Positions 16,850-25,044 of a DNA stretch of 64,000 nucleotides are shown one piece after another. Numbering within the stretch: position 1 is the first letter of the stretch; every line of letters begins with the position of its first letter. This DNA is from an uncultured bacterium. GTDB lineage: Bacteria; Patescibacteriota; Minisyncoccia; Phycocordibacterales; Phycocordibacteraceae. Below the pieces are notes generated by a model. That model made no database searches. It saw nothing but the letters and a program-made list of their open reading frames with translations, and was not told where the DNA came from. The stretch covers positions 5,461 through 69,460 of the forward strand of contig CALFMK010000001.1 of assembly GCA_937879955.1 (NCBI GenBank), written 5' to 3'. A program made the translations under genes and the position numbers.

Positions 16850-16963
16850 CTAGCGGACCTTCCGGGCGTCCTTCGCTGCCTGCTTGATAGCGAGACGCTT
16901 CTTGGTCTTCGGAGGACTCTTCCTCGGTTTCTTCGGGCTCACCCCGTGACTGTTTGCTGCCAT
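16850..16963 (-). CDS. possible 37-aa highly basic small protein (below the ORF-track length cutoff)
   Basis: ATG..TAG translates to MAANSHGVSPKKPRKSPPKTKKRLAIKQAAKDARKVR. Has its own TAGTAT box upstream and the 16823-16845 hairpin downstream. No homolog recognised. Confidence 0.3.
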   Translation of the reverse strand: MAANSHGVSPKKPRKSPPKTKKRLAIKQAAKDARKVR

Positions 16964-17033
16964 AGATATGATTTAGGTGTGCTCACACGATACTACGAAA
17001 TAAGGGAAAAAGCTCGGTGGGGGATATGAAAAA

Positions 17034-17056
17034 GGCGAGGACGTTCTGTCCTCGCC
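17034..17056 (-). terminator. intrinsic terminator (minus strand) after 17068-17451
   Basis: GGCGAGGAC-AGAAC-GTCCTCGCC followed by TTTTTC on the minus strand. Confidence 0.6.
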
Positions 17057-17067
17057 CTCTGCCAGCG

Positions 17068-17451
17068 TCAGGTGCTGGGATACTGAACCACGATGCGGTC
17101 GGCGTAGATGTCGATGACGGTCGCCGCGCAGACATTCACGCCCATCTTGGTGAGCACCTTGCCGCCGTTGAACTCGACCTTGATGTCGTACCGGCAGGCG
17201 CCGGAGCCGTCGTCGATATTGGCGATCTTCTGCCGGCCAGCGAACAGGACCGTACCGCCGAGCATGTCTTCCTGCCAGCTGTCCACGCCGACCCGCGAGG
17301 CATAGAACCTCCAGACCGAGACCTGCGCGTGGTTATGCAGCGCCACCTCACGGTCCCTGGCGCCGTCGGATTGGGCCAGGGCGGGCTGGGCGGACAAGGC
17401 AACGGCCGCCAGGATGGCGGCAGCGGATACGAATCGTTGGAACGCTCGCAT
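17068..17451 (-). CDS. secreted hypothetical protein
   Basis: Signal peptide MRAFQRFVSAAAILAAVALSAQPALAQ. Confidence 0.6.
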   Translation of the reverse strand: MRAFQRFVSAAAILAAVALSAQPALAQSDGARDREVALHNHAQVSVWRFYASRVGVDSWQEDMLGGTVLFAGRQKIANIDDGSGACRYDIKVEFNGGKVLTKMGVNVCAATVIDIYADRIVVQYPST

Positions 17452-17533
17452 GATATTCCCTCCTTGGAATATGAAAGATCAATGAAACAACCGTGGGAAT
17501 GTAACACACGTTATAGTGCCTGTCATCAGAAAA

Positions 17534-17557
17534 CCGCCGGGTCCAGGGACCCGGCGG
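17534..17557 (-). terminator. intrinsic terminator (minus strand) after tdk
   Basis: CCGCCGGGTCC-CTG-GACCCGGCGG followed by TTTTCTG on the minus strand. Confidence 0.6.
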
Positions 17558-17564
17558 GGAAGTT

Positions 17565-18164
17565 CTAGAGGGATGGCGGCACGAAGCATCGGCGGCAGCG
17601 CGGCTCGTACTTGTCCGCGTCGCCGATGACGACCGTCGACGTGTCCTTGCTTAGTCGTTGCGAGAACTGTGCTTCGTCACCGCATTCGCAGATAGCCGTG
17701 ACCTTCAGTATGCGGTCCGCGATGGCGCAGAGCCCGGGCATGCCGTTGAACGGCTTCCCGTCCCAGGTCATGTCGAGGCCGGCGATGTAGGCATGCAGGT
17801 CGTCATTCCGTCGTAGGTAGAGGAGCGTTTCGATAGCGCGCCCGAACCAGCCGAGCTGGTCCCCGTCGAGCGGGAAGAACTGGGCTTCGTCGACGATGAG
17901 GACGTCGAAGTCCTCATTGGCGAAGAGCGCGAGAAGTTCTCGCTCGGTCCTGATCTCGTGCGCCGGGAGGAGTCCCGTGCGCGCGGTGGTGCCGTTCTCC
18001 TGGAGCCTTCGCGGCGCGATGCCGTTAGCGATGCGCGTGTCGGTGACCGGCTTCACGGCGAGCACCCTCTTCTTCGCGATGCGCGCGCGTTCCGCCCGCA
18101 GGAGCAGTACCCCGGACTTCCCGGAGAACATGGGCCCCACGATAACCTCGAGCGTTGCTGGCAT
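17565..18164 (-). CDS. tdk: thymidine kinase
   Basis: P-loop GPMFSGKS, DEAQFF and a C-terminal zinc ribbon CECG...CRRC. SD AAGGAGGG upstream. Confidence 0.9.
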   Translation of the reverse strand: MPATLEVIVGPMFSGKSGVLLLRAERARIAKKRVLAVKPVTDTRIANGIAPRRLQENGTTARTGLLPAHEIRTERELLALFANEDFDVLIVDEAQFFPLDGDQLGWFGRAIETLLYLRRNDDLHAYIAGLDMTWDGKPFNGMPGLCAIADRILKVTAICECGDEAQFSQRLSKDTSTVVIGDADKYEPRCRRCFVPPSL

Positions 18165-18227
18165 GGAGCCCTCCTTGTTGATGAACGTCTGGAGGCAATG
18201 ATACAGCTCGCGCCTGACAAAGGAAAA

Positions 18228-18248
18228 GACAGGCCGCGAGGGCCTGTC
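18228..18248 (-). terminator. intrinsic terminator (minus strand) after the VOC-family gene
   Basis: GACAGGCC-CTCGC-GGCCTGTC followed by TTTTCCTTT on the minus strand. Confidence 0.6.
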
Positions 18249-18269
18249 TTTCCGTGTGTGGTCGGGTTG

Positions 18270-18695
18270 CTAGGCAGCCGGTGCCTCTACCATCCACTCG
18301 ATGCCGTACTTGTCGCGGAACATGCCGAAATGCGTGCCCCACGGGCTCTCGCTCATCGGCGCCTCTACCCGTCCTCCTTGCGAGAGGCCGGAGAATATCC
18401 TATCCGCCTCCTCCTTGCTCTCCGCGCTCACCGCTATCTTGCTGCGGTTCTCGCTCTCGCTCACGGTGCCCATGAACGAGGGAACGTCATTCCCCATGAG
18501 CACGTTCCCTGGGCCGATAGGGAGGGCGATGAGGATGATCTTGTCCGCGTCCGCCTCCGATACCGGGAACTCCGGACTCACGAGCTCCTTGAGGCGGAGC
18601 TTCTTGGTGAACTCGCCGCCGAACACCGACTTATAGAACGTGAACGCTTCTTCGGCGTTGCCGTTGAAGTTTATCCAAGGGTTTATGGTTGCCAT
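18270..18695 (-). CDS. VOC/PhnB-like (glyoxalase-fold) protein
   Basis: MATINPWINFNGNAEEAFTFYKSVFGGEF...WGTHFGMFRDKYGIEWMV is the PhnB/3-demethylubiquinone-methyltransferase-like pattern. Start trimmed to the ATG at 18695, 6 nt after TATACT. Confidence 0.8.
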   Translation of the reverse strand: MATINPWINFNGNAEEAFTFYKSVFGGEFTKKLRLKELVSPEFPVSEADADKIILIALPIGPGNVLMGNDVPSFMGTVSESENRSKIAVSAESKEEADRIFSGLSQGGRVEAPMSESPWGTHFGMFRDKYGIEWMVEAPAA

Positions 18696-18769
18696 GCGAG
18701 GAGTATAGCAGGGAGGATTTCGCTCCTGCATGAAGGAAAAAGGACCCTCATGGATCCTTGCGTCCTATC

Positions 18770-18844
18770 TGGCTCCGCGGGCAGGATTCGAACCTGCGAC
18801 CAATCGATTAACAGTCGACCGCTCTACCACTGAGCTACCGCGGA
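18770..18844 (-). tRNA. tRNA-Asn (anticodon GTT), CCA encoded
   Basis: Cloverleaf folded by hand. Acceptor TCCGCGG/CCGCGGA, D-stem GCTC/GAGC, anticodon loop CTGTTAA, T-arm GCAGG-TTCGAAT-CCTGC, discriminator G plus CCA. Confidence 0.95.
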
Positions 18845-18954
18845 ATGCTATGAAGCCCTCCTGGGAGGGCTTTTTCCATACTAGCCGAATTCTCGGATTC
18901 GGCAACGGGTAGGGCCTGGTATGCTTGGTATATATCCCGCTAACCCCATACGCC

Positions 18955-19197
18955 ATGCCTATCCTCTACATACGCCTCGGCTGCCACTACTCCGAGAAGG
19001 TGCTCCATGCGGCAGCCGAGCTCGGCGTGGCCTTCGACCTGAAGACCATCGACAATCCGGAGAGCCTCGCCGAGCTCGTGGCTCGAGGCGGGAAGCAGCA
19101 GGTCCCGTACCTCGTGGACGCCGAGCACGGCGTCGAGATGTACGAGTCCGAGGATATCATCGCCCATCTTCACGCTACCTTTACGTCGGCAGCGTAG
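18955..19197 (+). CDS. glutaredoxin-like thioredoxin-fold protein (monothiol CHYS site)
   Basis: MPILYIRLGCHYSEKV...KQQVPYLVD...MYESEDII follows the Grx/GST-N pattern. Only one Cys at the active-site position. Start trimmed to the ATG at 18955. Confidence 0.65.
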   Translation: MPILYIRLGCHYSEKVLHAAAELGVAFDLKTIDNPESLAELVARGGKQQVPYLVDAEHGVEMYESEDIIAHLHATFTSAA

Positions 19198-19247
19198 GAT
19201 AGGGCGAGGTGCGCCGTCTTATGAGATTCCGTTAAGTACCAGACTCC

Positions 19248-19616
19248 ATGCAGATCCATTTCAAGGGCACGAATTATGAGCTTCCGGCGAACGTAAGCGC
19301 GCTCGCCAAGCGCAAGGTGGACGGCCTCGCGAAGTATCTCGGGAAGGGGAAGGAGAACGCGCGCGCGTACGTCGACCTCGGGAAGGAGACCGAGGCGCAT
19401 CAGAACGGCGCTATCTGGCGCGCGGACATCAACTTCGACATCGATGGCAGCCGCTTCTACGCGAAGGCCGTGGAGGACAGCATCGAGAAGGCCATAGACC
19501 GGTCCGTGAGCGAGCTCGCGAAGGAGCTGCAGACAGCAAGGAAGCGCGAGCAGAGCCTCGCGCGCAAGGGAGGCAGCCTCATCAAGTCACTGATGCGCCG
19601 CGGGCTCACGTCCTAG
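19248..19616 (+). CDS. hpf: ribosome hibernation promoting factor (short HPF/RaiA)
   Basis: MQIHFKGTNYELPANVSALAKRKVDGLAKY...AYVDLGKE...FYAKAVEDSIEKAID is the typical S30AE/HPF fold sequence. Confidence 0.85.
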   Translation: MQIHFKGTNYELPANVSALAKRKVDGLAKYLGKGKENARAYVDLGKETEAHQNGAIWRADINFDIDGSRFYAKAVEDSIEKAIDRSVSELAKELQTARKREQSLARKGGSLIKSLMRRGLTS

Positions 19617-20470
19617 AGCGCATTCCAGCCGGAGGATACGAGACCGCGGTATGCGGTCTCGCTCTTTCCTTCGGGCACCACGAGCTCGGGCGCGAAGACG
19701 CCGTCCTCGAATCGCGCGGTCCTTATCTTCACGCGCAGGCGCTTCCCGTCCTTCTCCATGAAGAAGTACGTGCCCGGGGACTCCGCGTACGCGCGGTATC
19801 GGTTCCAGTTCTCCGTAGCGTCACCCCTGAGCGAGAGCTCGCCCATCTCCTTCCGGATCTTCTTCGTGACGGTGGCCTTGGAATCGTCCTGCGGTACGGG
19901 CACCAGCGTACCCTCCTCGAAGGCTGGGAGGATGTCGGCGAGGAGCGCGGCGCCGATCTGCACGAGGCGCGGACGGAGCTCGCGCGTGGTCTCGTCGGAT
20001 TCTATGGCTACGGTCTTCGACGCGAGCACGTCGCCTGCGTCGAGCGCGTAGACCATCCGCTGAATGGCGACGCCGGTCTCGGTCTCGCCCGCGAGGAGCG
20101 CGCCCTCGACAGGAGAGGCGCCGCGGTACTTCGGGAGGAGGGAATAATGGATATTGAGGATGCCGAGCGGGAACGAGTCGATGAGCGCCTGCGGCAGGAT
20201 CTTGCCGTACGCGACCACGATCGCGTACTCGCAACCGTATCCCTTGAGCTCTTCGATGAGCGCATCGTCCGCCTTCTCGGGCGTGAGGACGGGAAGGTCG
20301 TGCTCGAGCGCCCAGGCCTTGGTCTCGCAGGGCGTGAGCGTCATGCCGCGCCCTCTCGGCGCGTCAGGCGAGGTGACCACGACCGCGGGCACGTAGCCCC
20401 GCTCGACGAGGATCGCGAGGGTATCGCGCGCGACGTAGGGAGTGCCGAAGAAGGCGAAGGGCTTAGGCAT
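19613..20470 (-). CDS. fmt: methionyl-tRNA formyltransferase
   Basis: FFGTPYVARDTLAILVERG..., ILNIHYSLLPKYRGASP, and a C-terminal beta-barrel domain. Overlaps def by 8 nt. Confidence 0.9.
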   Translation of the reverse strand: MPKPFAFFGTPYVARDTLAILVERGYVPAVVVTSPDAPRGRGMTLTPCETKAWALEHDLPVLTPEKADDALIEELKGYGCEYAIVVAYGKILPQALIDSFPLGILNIHYSLLPKYRGASPVEGALLAGETETGVAIQRMVYALDAGDVLASKTVAIESDETTRELRPRLVQIGAALLADILPAFEEGTLVPVPQDDSKATVTKKIRKEMGELSLRGDATENWNRYRAYAESPGTYFFMEKDGKRLRVKIRTARFEDGVFAPELVVPEGKSETAYRGLVSSGWNAL

Positions 20471-20984
20471 GGCGCGCAGGGTCGGTCTCTACTTTATCAG
20501 TGGCATGGTCGATGAAGAGGATGCCGTTCAGGTGGTCGGTCTCGTGCTGGAAGATCTGCGCGAGTAAGCCGCCGCCGCCGCGCTCGAAGGCCGCGCCCTG
20601 CTCGTCGCGGGCTCGTACCGTGGCGCGATTGTGGCGCATGGTCTTGCCGTAGATGCCGCGTACGGAGAGGCAGCCCTCGTCCATCTCGACCCTGCGCTTC
20701 GAGCTCTTCACGAAGACGGGGTTTATGTAGACGCCCACTTCCACCGGATGGTCCGGGTGCCCGTCAGGCGGGGGAGGCACGGTGCGGTCGTAACGCACGA
20801 TGAAGATGCGCAGGCTGATGCCGATCTGAGGCGCCGCGAGCGCGACGCCGTCCTTCTGAGCGTCGAGGGCCTCGGCCATGTCGGCGAGTATGCGGGCGAG
20901 CTCGGGCGTCCCGAAGAGCTCTTCGGGTACGGGTTCGGCTATCTTTCTGAGGACGGGCGCGCCGTCCTGGACGATCTCGGACAT
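20463..20984 (-). CDS. def: peptide deformylase
   Basis: Motifs GVALAAPQIG, EGCLSV and HETDHLNG. TATAGT lies 6 nt upstream of the ATG. Confidence 0.92.
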   Translation of the reverse strand: MSEIVQDGAPVLRKIAEPVPEELFGTPELARILADMAEALDAQKDGVALAAPQIGISLRIFIVRYDRTVPPPPDGHPDHPVEVGVYINPVFVKSSKRRVEMDEGCLSVRGIYGKTMRHNRATVRARDEQGAAFERGGGGLLAQIFQHETDHLNGILFIDHATDKVETDPARHA

Positions 20985-20997
20985 ACGGGGACTATAG

Positions 20998-21235
20998 CAA
21001 AAAAGAAAGCACCGGCCACGAGGGTCGGTGCGGGAAGGTGCGAAAGGGCAAGGGTGCGTCGTCGGAGGACGGTGCCAGGGTTGGTGCGCCAGGCGGGGAA
21101 GGCGTGCGAATCGTTCCCCAACGGTACGTAGCCTCTTCTGTGCGAGTCGCTACTCTCTGACGGTCGACTCCGACGACGCGATGATAGCCTCACATGAGAG
21201 GCGAGGTCCTTGGCAGGGATTATGTACCAACGACC
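20998..21235 (-). ncRNA. candidate structured small RNA or attenuating leader between the 21272-21568 gene and def
   Basis: TTGACT-N16-TATAGT promoter (plus coordinates 21241-21268) right after the upstream stop codon. A 9-bp GC hairpin plus TTTCTTTTTT terminator lies at 20998-21031. No plausible ORF. A perfect 12-bp long-range complement (21056-21067 with 21168-21179) crosses a second helix (21111-21127 with 21224-21233). Confidence 0.35.
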
Positions 21236-21271
21236 TTCTGACTATAGCACTAATATGAATCGAGTCAATGG

Positions 21272-21568
21272 CTAGAACGGCTTGTCCAGCGTCTTGTGCT
21301 TCTCCGGGTCTATCTCCCACCAGAACTTCTTGCTGAAGTTCTTCGCTCTCGAACAGACCGTCTTCAGGTAGTAGAGGTCGTCGGTCGGGATGCCTTCGAG
21401 GATCTTTCCCATGCGGCTCATGGTGAGCTTCGGGAGGCCGTCATGCGCGCGGCTGTGGTTCAGGTGCCGGACGAAGAAGCGCATGAGCTCGCCGCGCTCG
21501 GTCTTGGTGCTCGGCTTCTTGCCGTCCTTGCCGAAGTCCTTCGGGAGGAGGTCCGCGATGCTCTTCAT
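21272..21568 (-). CDS. conserved hypothetical small protein
   Basis: 98 aa, basic, ...DDLYYLKTVCSRAKNFSKKFWWEI. TACAAT lies 6 nt upstream of the ATG. Confidence 0.65.
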   Translation of the reverse strand: MKSIADLLPKDFGKDGKKPSTKTERGELMRFFVRHLNHSRAHDGLPKLTMSRMGKILEGIPTDDLYYLKTVCSRAKNFSKKFWWEIDPEKHKTLDKPF

Positions 21569-21595
21569 AAGGGAATTGTACCAATTCCCGGGACG

Positions 21596-22897
21596 CTACG
21601 CGTGCTCGATTTTCGCGCCGATCGACGTGAGCCTATTCACCAAATCCTCGTATCCGCGGTTGATGCTGTAGACGTTGCGGAGCGTGGAGCGGCCTTCTGC
21701 GGCGAGCATGCCGATGAGGAGGATGGTCGCAGGGCGCAGTGCTGGCGGCGCCACGATCTCGGCGCCGCGCAGGTGCACGGGGCCGTGTATCTGGATGCGG
21801 TGCGGGTCCATGAGGAGCGTGTTCGCGCCGAGGCGGTCGAGCTCGGTGTAGTAGATGGCGCGCTTCTCGTAGACCCAGTCGTGGATCATGGTCTCGCCCT
21901 CGGCCTTCAGCGCCATGACGGCGAAGAACGGGAGGTTGTCGATGTTGAGCCCTGGGTACGGACGCGCATGGATCTTCTCGGGGAAGGCCGTGAGGGTCGA
22001 CGGCTCGATATGGATGTCGGCGAGCTTCGTGATGCCGTTCGCAGATATCGCGTGGCTGTCGACGCTGAACTTCAGTCCCATCTTCTCGAGCACCTCGAGC
22101 TCCACCTCGAGGAACTCGATCGGCGCGTTGCGGATGGTGAGCGCGGAGTTCGTGGTAACGGCGCAGGCGATGAAGAACATGGCATCGATCGGGTCCTCGC
22201 CGATCGCGTAGGTGACGTCGGCGCGGATGTCCTTCTTGCCGGTGATGGTGAGGGTCGTGGTGCCGATGCCTTCAACGGAGACGCCGAGCGCCTTGAGGAA
22301 GCCGCAGACCTCCTGGACCTGGTAGTTCGCGGACGCGTACTTGATGACGCTCGTGCCCTCGATACCTGCGGCTGCCAGCATCGCGTTTATGGTCGCGGTG
22401 TCGCTCGACTCGTAGAGCACTACCTCGGCCGCTGAGAGCCCGTCGTTCGTGATCTGGAAGCTGTCGGTGAGCGCCTCGATCGTGATGCCGAACTTCTCGA
22501 GCGCCCAAAGATGCGAGCGCACGCTCCTGAGACCGAGCGTGCAGCCGCCGGACTGCGGGAGCTCGAACGAAGGGAAGTGATGCACGAGGGAGCCGATGAA
22601 CATGAGGATGCTCCGGGTGCGCACGGCCGCGGCACGGTCGATGCTGTCGAGGTCGATCGTCTCGGGCGGCGTGATGGTCACGTCCTTCCCGTTCCACTCG
22701 ACCGAGACGCCGATGGAGCGGAGCACCTCGATGAGGCGGTTCACCTCCTCGATCTTCGGCATGTTGCGGAGCGTCGTCGTGCCCTTGTTAAGGAGCGACG
22801 CGCCGAGCATGGCCACGGCGCCGTTCTTCGAGCTATTGGTAGTGATGGACCCTGAGAGCGGATGGCCTCCCTCGACGACGAAGTTGTTCTCTGACAT
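21596..22897 (-). CDS. murA: UDP-N-acetylglucosamine 1-carboxyvinyltransferase
   Basis: MSENNFVVEGGHPLSGSITTNSSKNGAVAMLGASLL..., an active-site loop region, and a length of about 433 aa. Start trimmed to the ATG at 22897, 7 nt after TACAAT. Confidence 0.92.
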   Translation of the reverse strand: MSENNFVVEGGHPLSGSITTNSSKNGAVAMLGASLLNKGTTTLRNMPKIEEVNRLIEVLRSIGVSVEWNGKDVTITPPETIDLDSIDRAAAVRTRSILMFIGSLVHHFPSFELPQSGGCTLGLRSVRSHLWALEKFGITIEALTDSFQITNDGLSAAEVVLYESSDTATINAMLAAAGIEGTSVIKYASANYQVQEVCGFLKALGVSVEGIGTTTLTITGKKDIRADVTYAIGEDPIDAMFFIACAVTTNSALTIRNAPIEFLEVELEVLEKMGLKFSVDSHAISANGITKLADIHIEPSTLTAFPEKIHARPYPGLNIDNLPFFAVMALKAEGETMIHDWVYEKRAIYYTELDRLGANTLLMDPHRIQIHGPVHLRGAEIVAPPALRPATILLIGMLAAEGRSTLRNVYSINRGYEDLVNRLTSIGAKIEHA

Positions 22898-22986
22898 GGG
22901 TGGCATTGTAGCAGGCCCCGGACGCGTCCAGCCACAGATTCCATCGGTTTTGCGCACCTCGCCTCACCCGCGGTATGATGGCGCCA

Positions 22987-23997
22987 ATGTCCCTCTTCTC
23001 ACCGCGCATCGGCATCGACCTCGGCACTACCAATGTCCTCGTGTTCGTGCCTGGGAAGGGCGTGGTCCTGAACGAGCCGTCGGTCGTGGCGGTCTCCACC
23101 GAGACGAACAAGGTGGTCGCCATCGGGGTGGAGGCCAAGGCGATGGTAGGCCGCACCCCGGACTCCATCCAGGCGTACCGCCCGATGAAGGATGGCGTCA
23201 TCGCGGACTATCGCGTGACCGAGGCGATGCTCCGCTATTTCATAAAGAAGGCACTCGGCCGGAACCTCTTCAAGCCCACCGTCCTCATCTCCGTGCCTGC
23301 GGGCGTTTCCTCCACCGAGAAGCGCGCCGTGATCGAGGCTGCCGTGAAGGCGGGCGCGGCAGACGCGTACGTCGTGAAGGAGCCGATCCTCGCCGCGATC
23401 GGTGCCGGAATCCCGATCCAGGAACCGATGGGGCGCATGGTGGCTGACATCGGCGGCGGCACCATCGACGTGGCCGTGATCTCGCTCGGCGGCATCGTGG
23501 CGTCCACCTCCGTGAAGGTGGCAGGGAACAAGCTCGACCGCGCGATCATCGACCATGTGAAGAAGCAGTACAACCTCTCCATCGGCGACAAGTCGGCCGA
23601 GGACATCAAGATCCAGATCGGCTCGGCCGTCCCGGTCACCGAGGAGCTCACGATGTCGGTGAAGGGACGCGACCTCCTCTCGGGCCTCCCGCGCACCATC
23701 GAGCTCAAGACCAACGAGGTGGTGCAGGCACTGAACCGCGAGCTGCGCGACATGATGAACGCGGTGCGCAAGGTGCTGCAGGACACGCCGCCTGAGCTCG
23801 CAAGCGACATCATCGACAACGGCATCATCCTTACGGGCGGCACGAGCCAGCTCCGCCATCTCCCCGAGCTCGTGTATAGGCGCACCGGCGTGCAGGCGAA
23901 GCTCGCCGACGACGCCTACTACTGCGTCGTGCGCGGCACGGGCATCGCGCTCAAGCATCTCGATACCTATAAGAAGAGCATCATCTCGAAGCGGTAA
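22987..23997 (+). CDS. mreB: rod-shape-determining protein MreB (copy 1)
   Basis: IGIDLGTTNVLV, actin-fold phosphate and adenosine motifs (DIGGGTIDVAV, ILTGGTSQL). Start set to the ATG at 22987, 7 nt after TATGAT. In-frame ATGs also lie at 22975 and 22978. Confidence 0.9.
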   Translation: MSLFSPRIGIDLGTTNVLVFVPGKGVVLNEPSVVAVSTETNKVVAIGVEAKAMVGRTPDSIQAYRPMKDGVIADYRVTEAMLRYFIKKALGRNLFKPTVLISVPAGVSSTEKRAVIEAAVKAGAADAYVVKEPILAAIGAGIPIQEPMGRMVADIGGGTIDVAVISLGGIVASTSVKVAGNKLDRAIIDHVKKQYNLSIGDKSAEDIKIQIGSAVPVTEELTMSVKGRDLLSGLPRTIELKTNEVVQALNRELRDMMNAVRKVLQDTPPELASDIIDNGIILTGGTSQLRHLPELVYRRTGVQAKLADDAYYCVVRGTGIALKHLDTYKKSIISKR

Positions 23998-24007
23998 CAG
24001 GGAAGAG

Positions 24008-24036
24008 CAAAAGGCCCCGCGCATGCGCGGGGCCTT
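24008..24036. repeat. 29-nt palindromic hairpin element, copy 1 (CAAAAGGCCCCGCGCATGCGCGGGGCCTT)
   Basis: Identical 29-mer recurs at 24403-24431. The core is a perfect 22-nt palindrome. Plausibly also a bidirectional terminator after mreB. Confidence 0.8.
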
Positions 24037-24043
24037 TCCTGAT

Positions 24044-24328
24044 TCAGGCGCCGGTGCCCGTAGCGGCCCGGTACTCCTTCTCGGTCATGACGACGAACCC
24101 GTCCTTCCCGAGCTCGTCCTTCATGCAGCGGACGTAGTAGCGGTCGCGGTCGTCCGGATCGGTCACGGCGGCGAGACAGGTCGCCTTCGCCTTCAGGTAG
24201 GCCGCGGTCGCGACGCTCTGGTCGGTGACGCCGGGCTTCGTGACGTAGACCGCGGGCGGGTCGTACGGCTCGTGCGCGAGCGCGGAGCCGGCCAGAAGGC
24301 AGGCGAGTGTCAAAAGAGCGATGCGCAT
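24044..24328 (-). CDS. small secreted hypothetical protein
   Basis: Signal peptide MRIALLTLACLLAGSALA. 94 aa. Bracketed by the two identical hairpin elements. Confidence 0.55.
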   Translation of the reverse strand: MRIALLTLACLLAGSALAHEPYDPPAVYVTKPGVTDQSVATAAYLKAKATCLAAVTDPDDRDRYYVRCMKDELGKDGFVVMTEKEYRAATGTGA

Positions 24329-24402
24329 TGGTTTCCTCCCTGTGTGCGCGGCCGATCATGTCGGCGTGGGATGCACTATATACCGTTCCGCGCCCGTGGC
24401 CA

Positions 24403-24431
24403 CAAAAGGCCCCGCGCATGCGCGGGGCCTT
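24403..24431. repeat. 29-nt palindromic hairpin element, copy 2
   Basis: Identical to 24008-24036. Confidence 0.8.
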
Positions 24432-24438
24432 CAGTCTT

Positions 24439-24906
24439 TCATCGCCTCTTCCATGAGGTCTTCCGGGTGATGCTGATCCCGTAGCTCAGGTCCTTCTCCA
24501 TCCGCGGCATGAACCGCTCGGAGTACTTCGTGAGCCAGGCGCCGGCGTAGAGGGTGGTCCGGTCGTCGATGACTCGGGTGGCGTAGACGCCCTCGAACCG
24601 CTGCTTGGTCCCTTCGCGGAGGTAGTAGGACTTGCTGCGGGTCGTGAGGTCGACGTTCAGGACCGGGATGCGGACCGTGAACCGGCCGTCGTCGATGCGG
24701 TCGCGGAGCGAGTGCTCCGCGAAGCGGTCGAGGAAGAGCGGATCGGAGGCCGTGTCCGTATACCTCGCGGCGAACCGGTCAGCGAGGCCGGTGTCGAACG
24801 TCTTGGCGCTATAGGCGCGCGGCTCGGGCGTGAGCTTGAGCTGCGCGTGCGCTATGCCGCCACCGATCGTGGCGAGGGCGATGATGCTGAAAAGAGCTGC
24901 GCGCAT
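24439..24906 (-). CDS. secreted hypothetical protein
   Basis: Signal peptide MRAALFSIIALATIGGGIAHA. 155 aa. Confidence 0.55.
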   Translation of the reverse strand: MRAALFSIIALATIGGGIAHAQLKLTPEPRAYSAKTFDTGLADRFAARYTDTASDPLFLDRFAEHSLRDRIDDGRFTVRIPVLNVDLTTRSKSYYLREGTKQRFEGVYATRVIDDRTTLYAGAWLTKYSERFMPRMEKDLSYGISITRKTSWKRR

Positions 24907-24995
24907 TCGAACGTCCTTTCATGCTGGGTGATACGCACTACTTCCATCATAAGACTCCCGAACAGGGTTGGCGTCAATGCGGCCGGGGTGCAAAA

Positions 24996-25023
24996 GGAGT
25001 AGCCCGTTAATACGGGCTACTCC
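24996..25023. terminator. bidirectional hairpin terminator
   Basis: GGAGTAGCCCG-TTAATA-CGGGCTACTCC (11 bp), flanked by AAAA and TTACTTCTT. Confidence 0.6.
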
Positions 25024-25044
25024 TTACTTCTTGCGAGGTGGGCG

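Noticed and set aside
18770-18844. tRNA-Asn or tRNA-Glu (40222-40296) acting as integration sites for genomic islands.
   Set aside because: I found no integrase gene, no direct repeat of the tRNA 3' end nearby and no compositional break next to either tRNA. Neither low-GC island is adjacent to a tRNA.
20998-21235. T-box riboswitch interpretation of the def-upstream RNA (CUGGCACCG resembles the UGGNACCG part of the T-box).
   Set aside because: I found no recognisable Stem I with a specifier loop or K-turn and no full AGGGUGGNACCGCG box. The resemblance is 8 nt only. It is kept as a generic ncRNA/attenuator candidate.
24008-24431. CRISPR array or other multi-copy repeat array.
   Set aside because: There are only two copies of the 29-mer, the unit is itself a palindrome, and the spacer is a complete gene. 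Nothing else in the window shows regularly spaced direct repeats.
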